This document shows positions 12,349 to 24,591 of a DNA stretch of 64,000 nt, piece by piece. Within the stretch, counting starts at the first letter, position 1. Each line of letters begins with the position of its first letter. Location: assembly GCA_010909165.1 (NCBI GenBank), contig VJWM01000284.1, forward strand, positions 1 to 64,000. The letters run 5' to 3'. Made by a program: the position numbers and the translations under genes. The notes under the pieces were generated by a model. That model was not told the origin of the DNA. It was given only the letters and a program-made list of their open reading frames with translations, and ran no database searches. The stretch is from Anthoceros angustus (Eukaryota; Plantae; Anthocerotophyta).

Positions 12349-13464
12349 TGATGCCCATGCCATTGCCGAGGAGGTGAAGTCACGCATGATGCCCCCATCC
12401 TCCGTGCCATGGAGAGCACGCTACGCGGGCGTGGCCTGTTAGCTGTAGCAGGTATGTCCGTCCGCGCCCTGAGCTCGGCCTTCGTGCCGCTTGTGTCATC
12501 CATCCATGTCGCGTTGAGCAGATAGGACCGGAGTACTTACAATGATGCAGACAAGATTGCAGCAAATTGGCGTGCACCATCATTTGCTGTGCTGGTTAGG
12601 GCCCTGTGCCGCGCCAGAGAGATGGCAGGAGCTGCTCCGACCCATGACATCATGCCCACACCGTTTACCCGACGCAAAGACGGCATGCTGGCGTCTTCAA
12701 ATGCCGGGACATGATATTAAAGTACAATCAGTATATGTGTTCAGTAATTCCCGTGAAGCGTAAACGGCAATCCGCAGGGAATGTACTGCACTGTATCGTA
12801 CACATGATAGGGCCGCGCGTAAGCTCGGCTGCCATTCACATCTCACCGGGCGCAGGAATCCTGCTCAGATTCTGGAGCAGCAACCAGCCCAACCCCCACC
12901 AAACTAAATCCCATCCGTAACCTGTTTGCCAAGTGTCGTAGACTACATTAGGAGGCAGTGTATAATCAAATCCTCAAGATCGTCTTAGTTGGAACCCATT
13001 GTAAACAAGGTTGAAGCTTCGCTGGTCGCTGACTTTGGCGATTACAGCTGACAGCAGAATGAAGCTATATTTAAGCTTGCTAAGGCGGATGATCGGAGTA
13101 CGCTATGGCGTTGTGTGTCTTTAGACGAGAACGGTGTGGCTGGATTAGCGGCTGGCGATGCTGTTACCGTGCCGTGACGTGGGCCTTCCTGCGCGAAGCA
13201 TTCGCATTTCCGCAAAAGCCGGGCCGTCTTTTGCTCTCCCGTCTTGTTTTCTCGTACGTGGAGCAAAGCTGTTCCAGCAAAGTTGTCCGGCTTTGTCCAA
13301 AAGTTAGGTGTGGCTTTGTAGGACGCGGAAAGCTCTTTGGCTAGCAACGCAAGACGGTGGTCAGACGCGTTAAGAGGAAACGGATGAGATGATTTGAGTT
13401 ACCACTTAAAGTTAAAGGTTAAAGTTGAGTGAAGAAGATGTATGCAAAACATGTACAGTACATC

Positions 13465-13496
13465 TCCACATTTACATTTACATTTACATTTACAGT
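13465..13496. repeat. (ACATTT)n microsatellite
   Basis: About 5 units of ACATTT. Confidence 0.8.
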
Positions 13497-14390
13497 GGTA
13501 CATATGTACAAAACGCTCCTGCTTCAAGTCGCCACCCTTCCCCTTCCCCTTCCCCCGACTGCCAAAACACGTGTCCGTAGTTGTACCCGGAAGCGGCCCT
13601 GGCCCTTTATGAGAGGCAGCACGAGCGGGGCAGCCTTTACTGTACAAAACGTAAGAAGCGTAGTGCGTAGGGTGTATGTCCTTGGGTGGGCGCCTACGCC
13701 TAGATGCGCCGAGGCCGAGTGTGGTGAGCGACGCTGGCAGCGGCGCCTAAGTAAACGCTTTTTACGCCTCCCCTTTCCCGCTCCTCGAAGCAGCTCGAGG
13801 GCCCCGCGGCCTGCCTGCCTGCCTGCCCGCGCGCCTCTCTGGCAGCAGCGAGCTCGCCTTGCATTCCATTTTCGTGCTTCCCTCGCCGCTGGAAATCGCG
13901 GGCCGCTGCAGCGCAGGGGCTGAGTCAGTCAGTGCAGTCAGCTCACCTCTGCACATCCAAGATTGATTCTCCTCCAACTGCGCGGATTTGTGTGCCCGTC
14001 TCTGCCTCGGCCCCGCCCCCGGCCCCGGCCCCGGCCCCGGCCCCTGCAGCCTGCCTCTGCCTTGCCCAGCCCGCACCCGTGTGGACCACACCACGCAGCC
14101 TCGTTTCTGCTTCTCTTCTTCAACATTCCCGCTGCAGGCTGCCGCCATCTCCTCCCGCGCTACCTGCGCCTTCGTCTCATGCCTGCCGTCCCAGCAGCTG
14201 CTCGCATTTTTGTGTCAGGCGTTTGAATGTGGACAGCCTGGGCCGCCTTTAATTCCATCTCCTCCTCGCCTCTCCGGGTGGCTGCATTCCTGCTCTCCTT
14301 TCAGGCAAGGATGCGGGCTGGGGCTCTCTCACCAATTTCCGACACTAGCTCTTGAACCTGTTTCTCGCTTCCTGGACTACCGGCCCGACC

Positions 14391-16490
14391 ATGGCCTCTG
14401 TTTGCGATCTTCAGATTCAGATCAACGGGGAGGAGACCTTCTTTCTCAACTCGGTAATGTGTGGGACGCTTGGTGCTGTGTGCAATGCGTGGGATCCTGA
14501 GGTCGTGGCTGTGGGTGAGATCTTTGGCTCACGGGCTTGGTCTGTTGTTGCAGGATCTTCTTCATCGTAGTGCGCTGCTCGTGAGGCTTGTGAGGACCTC
14601 GTGCAAGGCGGACAGAACCAGCTCGGTCACGGGATTGCCGGAGCCTGTCCTCATTGCGCTGGACAATGTGCCTGGAGGTCCAGAGGCGTTTGAGCTCGCC
14701 ACTAGGTTTTGTTACAGCAACGGGGACATTATCATCACCTCCGCTAATGTGGCGCGGCTGCGCTGCATTGCTGAGGTGCTGGATATGACGGAAGAGCAGG
14801 GGAAGGCGAATCTGCTGAGGAGGACGGAATCGTTTCTCAAGAATGTGGTGGTGTTGAGCTGGCACGAGAGCATCACGGTGCTCAGGAGCTGCGAGTCTCT
14901 GCTTTGTTTTCCTGAGAGCGCGCCGCTGGTGCAAAGATGCGTGGAGTCGTTGGCCAGAAAGGTTATCGAGGCCTCCAGTGCCTGCGCAGGTGGATCCGGA
15001 GGTCCTGGGAATACCAGTCCCACAGCTTCTCACAAGTCGTTCGAGTCTCATCGCTTGTCCGCGGCAAGCGATAGCAGCTTCGGTTCCGTTCCTCCCAAGA
15101 AGTATTGGTGGTTTCAGGATTTGTGTTCCTTGCCTGTTTATCTGGTGGAGAAGGTGGTGAAGGTGCTGGCTTCCAACCGGATGGATCACAAGCTGCTCTC
15201 CAGATTTCTCCTGCACTACATTCGCAAGTCTTTGCCTGTGCTGGGATGCAACACGGTTTCTCCCCTCGTTGCCTTCAGCGGATCCCTCTGCCCATCTCCC
15301 AAGAAGAAGCCCACGGAAGAGCCAGCTGTGCTGGCTAGCTACTCGCAGGCAGTCCAGTGCGACATTTTGGAGATTGTGGTCAGCTTGCTCTCGTCTTTGG
15401 AAGAAGGATCTACCTCCTGCAAGACTCTGTTTGGGCTACTCAGGGTGGCTTTTGTGCTGGATGCCACCGATGCTTGCAAAAAGCAACTGGAGCTGAAGAT
15501 TGGGACTCAGTTGGATGCGGCCACCCTCGACAATATTCTGGTCCCTACGCTTCCCCCGCGCAATTGCGCGCCCCTGTATGACGTGGACCTGGTTTTGCGA
15601 TTGGTGGATTGTTTCCTCAAGGATCGGGAGGCTTTGTTGGAGGCTTCCATGCTGGCTGCTGAGAAGAAACAGGAAAATGGGTTCCTTGCTTGGTTGTTCG
15701 ACACCCATAAGGACAATTCCAGGATGTTGGATGAACATATTGGTCCCTTCGGAGTGCAGAAGGCCTTGTACGCGGTGGGGGATCTTTTGGACAAATACTT
15801 GAGTGAAATCGCTGCGGATGTGCACCTGAACGCCCCTAAGTTTGAAGCACTTGCTGGAGCACTTCCAGACTTTGCGAGGTGTTGTCATGATGGACTGTAC
15901 AGAGCCATCGATATTTATCTCGAGGTAATGTCACTTCATTCCATCATCCTGTCAATGCTTCCAACCAGTTCAGACAATCCTGGATGGGAAGTGCCTTTTC
16001 ATTGTTATGCTCTTGTTGAGACTCTCTGCTGACGACTGTGCTTCCTATGTTTTTGCAGGCGCATCCCAACGTTGATGAGTCCGAAGCAGTGAGCCTGTGT
16101 GGGGTCCTCAACTACCAGAAGCTATCCATGGACACTTGCAAGCATCTTACCAAGAACAAAACTTTTCCGCCTTGCGTGAGTTTGCAAGTATTACTGGCAC
16201 AACAGATTCAGCTAAGGTCAGCAGTTGCAGCTGTTTACACAAGGAAGAAGAAAAAGGTGGCCCGGGGCAACAGCAGTGGACTGGTGGGCAAGATTTTCGA
16301 TTCTGGTAACCTTGTTCCCGACGGAGGTGCAGAGTCCACAGACACGAGAGATGTCTGTCAGCAAAACGACGACTTGAAGCTCAATTTGAGGCAAGTGCAA
16401 TCCAGGGTTGATGAGCTGGAGAAGCTGTGCAAGAGAATGCGTCTGGAGATGGCCAAACACACGAAGGCCAGGAGGCGACTTATCTGCTGA
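14391..16490 (+). CDS. BTB/POZ-NPH3 (NRL family) protein, 3 exons (14391-14453, 14554-15924, 16059-16490)
   Basis: CDLQIQINGEETFFL, PGGPEAFELATRFCY, WWFQDL, LDAATLDNIL, YDVDLVLRLV and HDGLYRAIDIYLE|AHP, plus a C-terminal coiled coil. Confidence 0.95.
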
Positions 16491-18553
16491 AGTTCTCCAG
16501 AGTCTGCTTTTTCGGATTTGCGGAAGCACACACATTTAGCTGCGGCTATGTACATACATTTGAGCTGACGATAGGATCGACATGCTTCTGAAAAGTAGGT
16601 CGTAGGTCCTGTGCTGACAAATGTTACAGCACTCCTTGTAAGATATGTAGATATCAGGCACCTTGCCATCACAAAGAATTTTCCGCATAACTCCGTGTTT
16701 TGTTTTAGGTAGTACTTGACAGGCTCTTGCCGTATGAACGGAGTGACGTGTAGCTGCAGAGATATGTTCGCGGTTTTTTGTCCACGAGAAAGATACGAAA
16801 AGACTTTGTTCAGCCTAACTGTTTTAGGTTAACAGTGGTCAGAAGCTGGCATGATGTTGCCCAGGCCAGAAAGGAGCTCATCTCATGCAGACTGCATGGC
16901 TGACAAAAGCAGTGTGACATTCGCTCGGGGAATCTACATCAACGAAAGCGTCTTAATATAGACTCTCTTCTCCTCCATCCAAAGGGATAGGAACGGCCTT
17001 TGGAAGCGCATGAAAGGACAAATGCTGGGCTTTAAGGTGCATACATATGTGTAGAGACCTGATGCTGTTCCACTTGCAACTGGAGCCTCGGAAAACTCCC
17101 CTCGTGCGTGTGACTTTCAAGAAGTGTCAGGCCATGTTGTGTTGGGATGAAAGGGTCCCGGTTGACCGACAGGTCTACCAGTCTTCTCATCATCCCTGTG
17201 GCACCATCTATAAGGAGGACTGTGTTCGGCAGGCCACTGGCAGTTCAGAAATGCGTTCCAAGAGTACCTTGGATCAGCAGGCCCCCGCCTTGTCATGCTG
17301 CAAAATTTCCTCCAATTGCGAGCTGGGTTGGCATGAAAAATCGGTGACCAGTGTGCTTATGAACAGATTCCCAGATTCCACCTCTATGTGGTCGATGGAG
17401 TACTACTATGGAGACGACAGCCGCTTCCGGTGGAAGAGAGAACTTGAAGATGGAGTCAGGCACCCTCCATAGAGGAGTGTGATCCGTCAGAAGTAGGAGG
17501 CCCACTGGCAGTTAAAGGAGAGTTCCAAGAATGTGCAAGCCAGAGCGTCACCTCAGGCAATCGCATTTGCAGCGTCAGCAGTACGTGATCAGCGTGCACC
17601 CATTCCCTTCTTCTTGTCAGCCAAGCACAGACAAGCTCCAAACTGGATTGCGTACAAACTTCAAAGCTGGAATTGGGTAGTGTGCTGATGAACAAGCTCG
17701 CGTTTGATGGTTTGATGGGTGACCTGTAGACGCTTCCAATGGGAGACAGAAGGCGGAGGTTAGGTCTTCACCTGGATTCTTGTTTCTCTGCACAGTTATC
17801 TTTTGAAACACTGCCCTAATAGCTGTCCCTCGCCACCAGACTTCTAGTTGGAGCTGAATAACTACCCATTTCACGTGAACTTGGTCACCAAAGGACATTA
17901 CTAAAGAGCTGGCGGTGTTCAAAGCATCCTTGAACGATTTCTCCTCATGGGTCCCGATCCCCTACAGTGCCGACATTCTCCAGGTTTTGGAAGCTGGTAC
18001 AAACTCGCACTGTTCAGTCAGCATTCCTTGTATGCAACCAGGGCGAGACTTCTCGTCAACAACGCTGCTGATCAAGTGTGGGAAGCAATACAAGTGCTCA
18101 ATTCCATCTCCACCAAATGTGCACTGCTGAAACGAAAACGCAGCGAGGTGGACAGTGAAGGGTCGAATCGGTGTTCTTGATCATGAATTTGCAGCATGGA
18201 TGGCTGAGCTCCCTTGCATCATGGCTTTTGGATAGCCTAGACAACATGCTACTGGCCAATGCTGGATGCTAGAAGCTGCAGCACCTAGTAGTCTGTGCTT
18301 TCTAGCACATACTGCACCGAAGTGGAGCAGAGATACAATGTGCAACCATAAGTTATGCGTGGAATTGGTTTGAGATGAAAGCAGGGGGGCTGGGGGGACG
18401 TGCCTACATTGCAAATTACCGGACCAGGTCCGACTCGATGTTGTTTGAGGGCCTGCGGTTAGATGCTGCAGAGAGGGCTTTGAAGGCCGCGCGCCGCTGA
18501 CAAATCATAAGTTGAAGTATCAAGTGCACCTTATAATTCCTCTGCAGGCGACC

Positions 18554-19945
18554 ATGGCGGGGGCAGCCAAGAGAGCTGCTAACATAGCCAAAGAGAGAAT
18601 GGTTGAGCTTGAATACAAATTCACACATCTCCAGTTATGCTCAAAGGCATACCACACAGCCGCAGAGATCAAGATCCAGAGAAACAGGACGGCCATCAGA
18701 GCAGCCAAGATCGAGAATCGGCAGCTACGAGCCGCATTGAATGCCCTGTTGGAAGCTGAGCGATGCAGCTTCGGGGTTAGCGACATGAACAGGATGATTG
18801 AACGAGTGAAGCTACTGCGTAGAGTTTACGACGAGCAGAAGGATCTGGTAATGAACAAGCAGAATCAACTCGAGAGCCAGATCACAGAGGCGAACTGCGC
18901 GGACCTTGATTTGAAGGGAATTGAACAGGACAGGGGCCCAATCAGTAGGTTTGAGGCGCTCCTTACTTTCATTCACAACAAGATCAAGGCATCTCAGGAT
19001 TTGCGCAAGAGCTACACGGGCACAGTGACTCCGATGCGGCAAGACCGCGCTGCATTTGAGCTGCAAATGGCAGCGCTGGAGACGACTTTGAAGAGAAAAG
19101 AGTACCAGCTGACACAGCTCATTCTTATGTACTGCGACTCGGAAAGGGCTCGCAATGCATCCAAGATCGAGCTTGATGAGCTGCTGCTAGGCTACTGCTT
19201 CTCAGAGAAGCGGGTGCCCGACACTCGGGCGGAGCAGAAGGAGATGGATGTGGAGATCTCCAAGATCGTCAAAGAGTTCAACGAACCGAACATGAGGGAG
19301 GTGTTTTTGCAGCTCCTGGAGCAGGAGAAGAGGTCGCAGTACTACGCCAAGATGTACAAGGAGTTGATGGAGCTGCAAATGAACCCAAATCTCACAGCGG
19401 AGCAGAGACGGTTGATGAGGAGGAACATCGCGGGATTCCAAGTGATGGATGATGTGATGGGAATCGAGCCCGGCAGCAAGGGGCCCTTCTATGCCGCCAC
19501 ATTGGCGTCCACGGTGTCGCACACTCAGGAGACGATCCACAGGATAGACCGGGACGTGGCCCTGAAGAGAGCCAGGCACTCCGGGAACCTTATCTCCATG
19601 CTCACCGGCACCAAGCGGCTGGTGGACAAAATTCTGCTCGGGGAATTCACAGGCGTGGACGAGAACTCTCCCGAGAGAGTGTTGCTGAGGTGCAAGAGGG
19701 CGCTGGTGGTCCTGCTGAAGGAGGTGTACAACAAGGTGAAAGCGACCAAGGCCGAGAAGGATAAGAGAGAGATAGTGGAGAAGGCACGCGAGGAACGGTA
19801 CAACCAGCCGCGGGAATTCGACCCTCACCGTGCAGAAATCGAGGCCGAAGTGCACAGTTGGCTCAACCTGGTTGAGAAGAGGCACTCGGAAATGCAAGAA
19901 GGAGGCTTAGGGCTGGAGGCTCTTGGCCTGCCACCACCAACCTGA
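18554..19945 (+). CDS. Coiled-coil protein resembling outer dynein arm docking complex subunit CCDC151/ODAD3 (Chlamydomonas ODA3/ODA10 family); 463-aa uninterrupted ORF
   Basis: KAYHTAAEIKIQRNRTAIRAAKIENRQL and LRKSYTGTVTPMRQDRAAFELQMAALETTLKRKEYQLTQLILMYCDSERARNASKIEL parallel the family segments KAxxExSQWxIKxNxExIxxLxxENKxL and RKTYEQIVKRLKEERxxFDNQLAAIERTLKAKExDYEELLLLSHDAxHAKExAxxEL, recalled by eye. An acceptor AG just upstream may mark a further exon. Confidence 0.65.
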   Translation: MAGAAKRAANIAKERMVELEYKFTHLQLCSKAYHTAAEIKIQRNRTAIRAAKIENRQLRAALNALLEAERCSFGVSDMNRMIERVKLLRRVYDEQKDLVMNKQNQLESQITEANCADLDLKGIEQDRGPISRFEALLTFIHNKIKASQDLRKSYTGTVTPMRQDRAAFELQMAALETTLKRKEYQLTQLILMYCDSERARNASKIELDELLLGYCFSEKRVPDTRAEQKEMDVEISKIVKEFNEPNMREVFLQLLEQEKRSQYYAKMYKELMELQMNPNLTAEQRRLMRRNIAGFQVMDDVMGIEPGSKGPFYAATLASTVSHTQETIHRIDRDVALKRARHSGNLISMLTGTKRLVDKILLGEFTGVDENSPERVLLRCKRALVVLLKEVYNKVKATKAEKDKREIVEKAREERYNQPREFDPHRAEIEAEVHSWLNLVEKRHSEMQEGGLGLEALGLPPPT

Positions 19946-20339
19946 TCAATGAACATAGCGGGAAGTAGGCTGTGGACAGGAGAATTGAGAATTACCCTGT
20001 ACGATTGCTGCACCTGGATTCATGACAGAGATCGAATGTTTGGTGCAGTATGTAACTGACACAAGCCAGTTGCGTGATGCTTCCGAGCGGAGGACAAAGG
20101 AGAGATATTCTATTGCGCTAGCGAAGTGACCCACCATTTCATATTCTATCAGAAGGTTTGGATATCCCTCAAAGGGGTCCACAAAACTTTGTAAGTACAG
20201 TACGCTGAGATCACGGAGATTGCAGCCTGACACTTTCCTATGTGACACTCTACACCAGAGTGTGTGCTGGTCACTCTTTTACGCTAGCCACTGACAGCTG
20301 CTGCAGGCAGCAGATGTGATGTTACCTTCTCCCTCCAGC

Positions 20340-22145
20340 CTACAGAAGTTGCTTGGGTCCAGGCTTGCCATTCACAAAGTCCCAGTGCTCGTAAATTCCA
20401 TTCACGAAGTCGTAATATGCACCGTGAAGTTGCACACTGCCGTCTTCGAGAGCCTTGGTAAGGAATGGGTAAGTAAGCAAGTTGGCGAGCGACAGATTCA
20501 CCGCTTCCTGCCACACACCAAAACACAAGGCCAGCGGATGAGAGCTTGTGATGAGGCATCCTGAGCCGTATCATGTCGACTTGCAACTATACTGGTACTG
20601 GTACCGGTACCCACCCTTTCTGCGAACCGCAGCTTTTCGTCCTTGGGAGCATCCTTGAGCTCCTCCTCCGTCTTGGTGTAGACGTCGGCGGCAATGTTGG
20701 TCCAATCCTCAACAAATTCGTGACTGATGCACCAGCAGGCCAAAAGTCAGTGAGAGCAGACCCCCTGGCGTTTGAAGCATGGTCAGTCGACTGAGCTGAA
20801 AGCAACAGCACTTACTTGCAGTTGGCCTTGCCTCCCTGCGTGTGTAGGAGATTGGCGATGCCCCCACAGCTGTGGTGTCCATTCACTATGATGTGCTGCA
20901 CCTGGAGATTGATAACAGGATAACAGGAGGAGGGGAAGGAGGATCAGCAGCAAGGACAGAGAGAGTTGCTGACGAGCTTCATCGCATTTGAAGACTGTTC
21001 TCACCTTGAGGTGCTTGACAGCGTATTCGAGAGCAGAACCGACGCTGGGGTATCCGCCCTGCAAAACCCAATCAAAGCCCCGTTTGTGTGTGAGTTGCTA
21101 GCAAGGAAGCAGGGGGCTAGCTCAGCTAAAAATTCTCACACACCTTCTCGTAAGCGGGAACCAGGTTGGCGACATTGCGGATGACGAAAGCTTCCCCAGG
21201 CTCCAGCCCCAGGATGGTGGCAGGGGCCACACGGGAGTCTGCGCACGTGATGATCATGAACTGAAGGCAGACAGACAGTACAAACATGTCTTTAGAACAT
21301 GGGCCGCCCGTATCGTATCGATCGCACAATCAAGAACGTCTGTAGTATGTACTTCGCAGCAGTTTCTCACCTTGGGCCACTGCCCCGTCTTCAAAGTCTG
21401 GTACCTGTCCTCCTTCCTGAAAGGACACAGCAACACCGCCAAGTCCAAGGGCAGCTGATGAGTCACCTTCACCAATGCACCAGTGCTAGCAACACCAGCT
21501 CACATCGAATGAAACGGCAGTAACTTTGTACAACAACACGTACGAGAACTTCTCTGTCTTGAACTTGCTGAAGGCCGCCGCCAGGTCCCCAATCGGGTGC
21601 TTGGATTCGGTTTCCGCGGGGGCCGGGGCAGTCTCCGCCTCCAAGCTTTCAGCAACTGCCAGAAGCTTCTTCGCTGCCACATCCTGCAGATGAGGGGCCG
21701 CCCTGCATTCCACCCCAACAAATTGCTGAGCTCTGAGACTCCCGCATTCCGCCCCACGTGCAACAGCAACAAACCACCCGAGGCAGGCATCGCCACCCGC
21801 AATCGCACACCACAAATTCAGCGATGGTGGCACTGCAGTGCTTACTTGATGCGGGAGAAGATGCGGGCCTGAGCGTCGAAGAAGGAGTCGGAGCCCGCCA
21901 TTGCCGTAGTAGCGCTGCCCCGGAGCCGCGAAATCTGCGAGAGCCAAACCAAGATCAGAAGGCGATTTCACACTCCCACGACACGACACCGCAGCTGCTG
22001 CCGCTCCTGCTCCGACGATCCCTCTAGGTCGGAACATTCCGGGATGCGAACAACCGGGCTCCTCGGGCACCGCGAAGAGCCCGCACTCAGAGACAAGCAG
22101 AAACTGAGGCTGCACCGATTGAAGCCGACGGAACCCATCGGCCAT
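20340..22145 (-). CDS. Beta-carbonic anhydrase, multi-exon, long N-terminal extension (start codon 22145 or 22037)
   Basis: TGQWPK|[11 protein letters not shown]...[14 protein letters not shown]|[11 protein letters not shown]|[12 protein letters not shown]|[15 protein letters not shown]...LHGAYYDF. The Zn ligands CxDSR and HxxCGG are present. Confidence 0.95.
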
Positions 22146-23009
22146 ACGGCCGTGGGCTCGGTCAGCCTTCCGTCCGGCAAGACTGTCAGTCTCATCAGTC
22201 ACTCACTCACTACAGTCAGCCAGCCACTCAGTGAAGTCAGGCAGGCACGCAGTCAACAACGGCGATGGCAATGCCTGGCTGCGCAAGAGCAGAGGGGAAA
22301 CGCGGCAGCTCGGAGGCTGGATTTGGAACGCAGCTGGTGCAGCTGGTGCAGCTGGAATTGGGTGCAGATGAATCACCTGGCGAGGCGAGGGCAAGCAGCG
22401 CAGCACAGCACAGCTGAGCAGCAAGAGGCAGAGGCAGAGGAAGAGGCAGAAGGCAGAGGCCTGAGTCACAAGTGATGAAAGCCAGGGGAGGCCGGGTCCT
22501 TTTGTCCTGCCAGCCCGTCCATCGTCTATCCCGACCGGTTGCACATGTGGCCCCACGGTCGTGCCGCTCGTTCCGCGACAATGAAGCTCGATTATGGATT
22601 ACCCATCCCGTTCGCTCCAAGCGCCAGACTGCCGCCAGATTACATCAAAGGGAAACGCAGCGTGATCCGCTTAAAATGGTATCCGACGTTAGTGGCGGGT
22701 GGATGTCCTGGTATCCTGACGTGCCGCCTCAATCGCGCCACTTTCACCACCCCTCTTTTCTTAGCCACTTCTGCTGATGTTACGGTACTGCCACTGCCAC
22801 CCACTTGCTGGCTCACGTGAACTCCTCCATCCCTCCATCGCTTCGGAGATAGGGACTATCACACTTTCCTTACACTTATCTTCTTACCCCGCTGCCCCCA
22901 GCCCGCGGCCTATCCACCGCTTTCGCTGTAATCATACGTAGACTATGTTTGGCAGTCTTTTTATCACCTAGGTCCTCTATGTATGTGAGGCCGCGTTCGA
23001 ATTTCCAGT

Positions 23010-23170
23010 CTCTAGATTTGGTTAAGCTTTACTTAAATTATTCATATTTTTATTACGGTGTATCTCAAGATTTTGTTAAATTTTACTTAAATTATTCATA
23101 ATTTTATTACAGTATATCTCTAGATTTAGTTAAATTTTACTTTAATTACTCATAATTTTATTACGGTGTG
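23010..23170. repeat. AT-rich tandem repeat, ~54 bp x3
   Basis: TCT(C)TAGATTT.GTTAAATTTTACTTAAATTATTCATAATTTTATTAC.GT repeated three times with mismatches. Confidence 0.8.
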
Positions 23171-23745
23171 TTTTTAGAGAGCGGGCTACCATTGCAAATG
23201 CCAAGTCCAAGAGAGTCTCCTCGCACCATATTAGGCAAGTCTACACTCTTACGTAAAAGAAGAAAACAAAGAACGCTATTCAAGTCCGCTAAGAACAAAG
23301 CATTCAATTTTAGACACATTGGTCCTCGGAACTTCTCAATGCTTAAGTATTGGAATTGTGACTTTTGGATCAATCCATCATTCCAGTAATTACATCATAG
23401 TTCTTAAATTATCCTTTAAAGTTAGATAATAATAATTATCTATGTACATAAAAATTTTCTATCGATAGAATATAGAATATTTTAGGGTTTAGTGATGTAG
23501 AATCAATATACCATATAGAATGAATGGTATTGTTGTGTGTTACTTTGCGTAAGAAGAATTTCCTTAAACAGGGTGGTCCATTCTCTATATAAGGGTTCAG
23601 CTCATATTGTGTTACTATATTGCTTGTCTTATATTTACTCGTTATTCAAGCAATACCAACATCAAGTAAGACCATCTCGTGTAGTATGTACTTCAATTGA
23701 CAATCCTATTTACACTTTTTTTACTTAAATATTTTATGGTAAAAA

Positions 23746-24591
23746 ATGGAAGCTAATACTACCAACATACATACACGCCTTTTCGCTTCCAATAAAATGG
23801 TTAAGGATGAATGTATTTTAAGTTAAAATACGAAGTGGTTGACATTATTGGCATGGGTGCATGCGCCATGGTTTATAAATGCATTCATAAATGCACAAGG
23901 CGAGTATGCATGTAAAGTGATAAAAAGATGTCGAAAAAATTATCTACTATGTCAAGAAGTAGACAACCTATTAGCCCTTCCCAAATGCGCTAATATTCTG
24001 GAAACAAAACGTGTCTATGAAGGTGACACCCAAATATTTATTGTGATGGAATATTTTAAATGTGGAAGTCTACATGACTATTTGCAAGAACGAGGACCTT
24101 GCAATGAGAAACAAGCAAAGTGTGTGATGCGCAACATTATGGAAGCTATTGCATTTTGTCACAAGAATAATATGATTCATCGTGATATAAAAGCACATAA
24201 TATTATGCTTCTAAAGCATGGACAAATAAAATTAATAGATTTTGGCATCGCAGTTTCTCGTTTCGAAAATGGAAGAAAAAAAATTTACACGGGGTCGACA
24301 GGATGTGGGGTACTCGACCATATATAGCTCCAGAAATAGTAGCTAAGTCAAACTATGGAGCTAAAGTTGATGTATGGAGTGCAGGCGTCACTTTTTATGA
24401 GTTATTGTTCGGAACTCCTTATTATAAAAACAATATTTGCGTGATATTATGCAAACCGAAACAAACTTGGAGTTTACAAATGATATCTCACAAGATTTCT
24501 GGGCAGCGTTTATTACTGGATGTTACACCCTAATAGCAACCGGAGACCAAATGCTCAACAAGTTTTGGAACATCCATGGTTTACGATATAA
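23746..24591 (+). pseudogene. Intronless AT-rich Ser/Thr kinase (CAMK/PPCK-like minimal domain), frameshifted
   Basis: YEVVDIIGMGACAMVYKC, YACKVI, HRDIKAHNIML, IKLIDFG, GTRPYIAPE, DVWSAGV and RPNAQQVLEHPWF*, split over several frames. At least some shifts are in homopolymer runs. Confidence 0.85.

Noticed and set aside
13429-14390. Overlapping Pro/Arg-rich ORFs upstream of the NPH3-family gene, and similar ones at 56000-57190
   Set aside because: These are chance ORFs in GC-rich, microsatellite-containing 5' UTR/promoter DNA.
16850-18420. Short ORFs and a small diverged duplication (CCACTGGCAGTT...GTTCCAAGA at ~17234 and ~17502)
   Set aside because: No recognisable protein motifs or consistent exon structure.
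19202-19897. 231-aa antisense ORF
   Set aside because: It is a shadow of the codon-biased sense coiled-coil gene.
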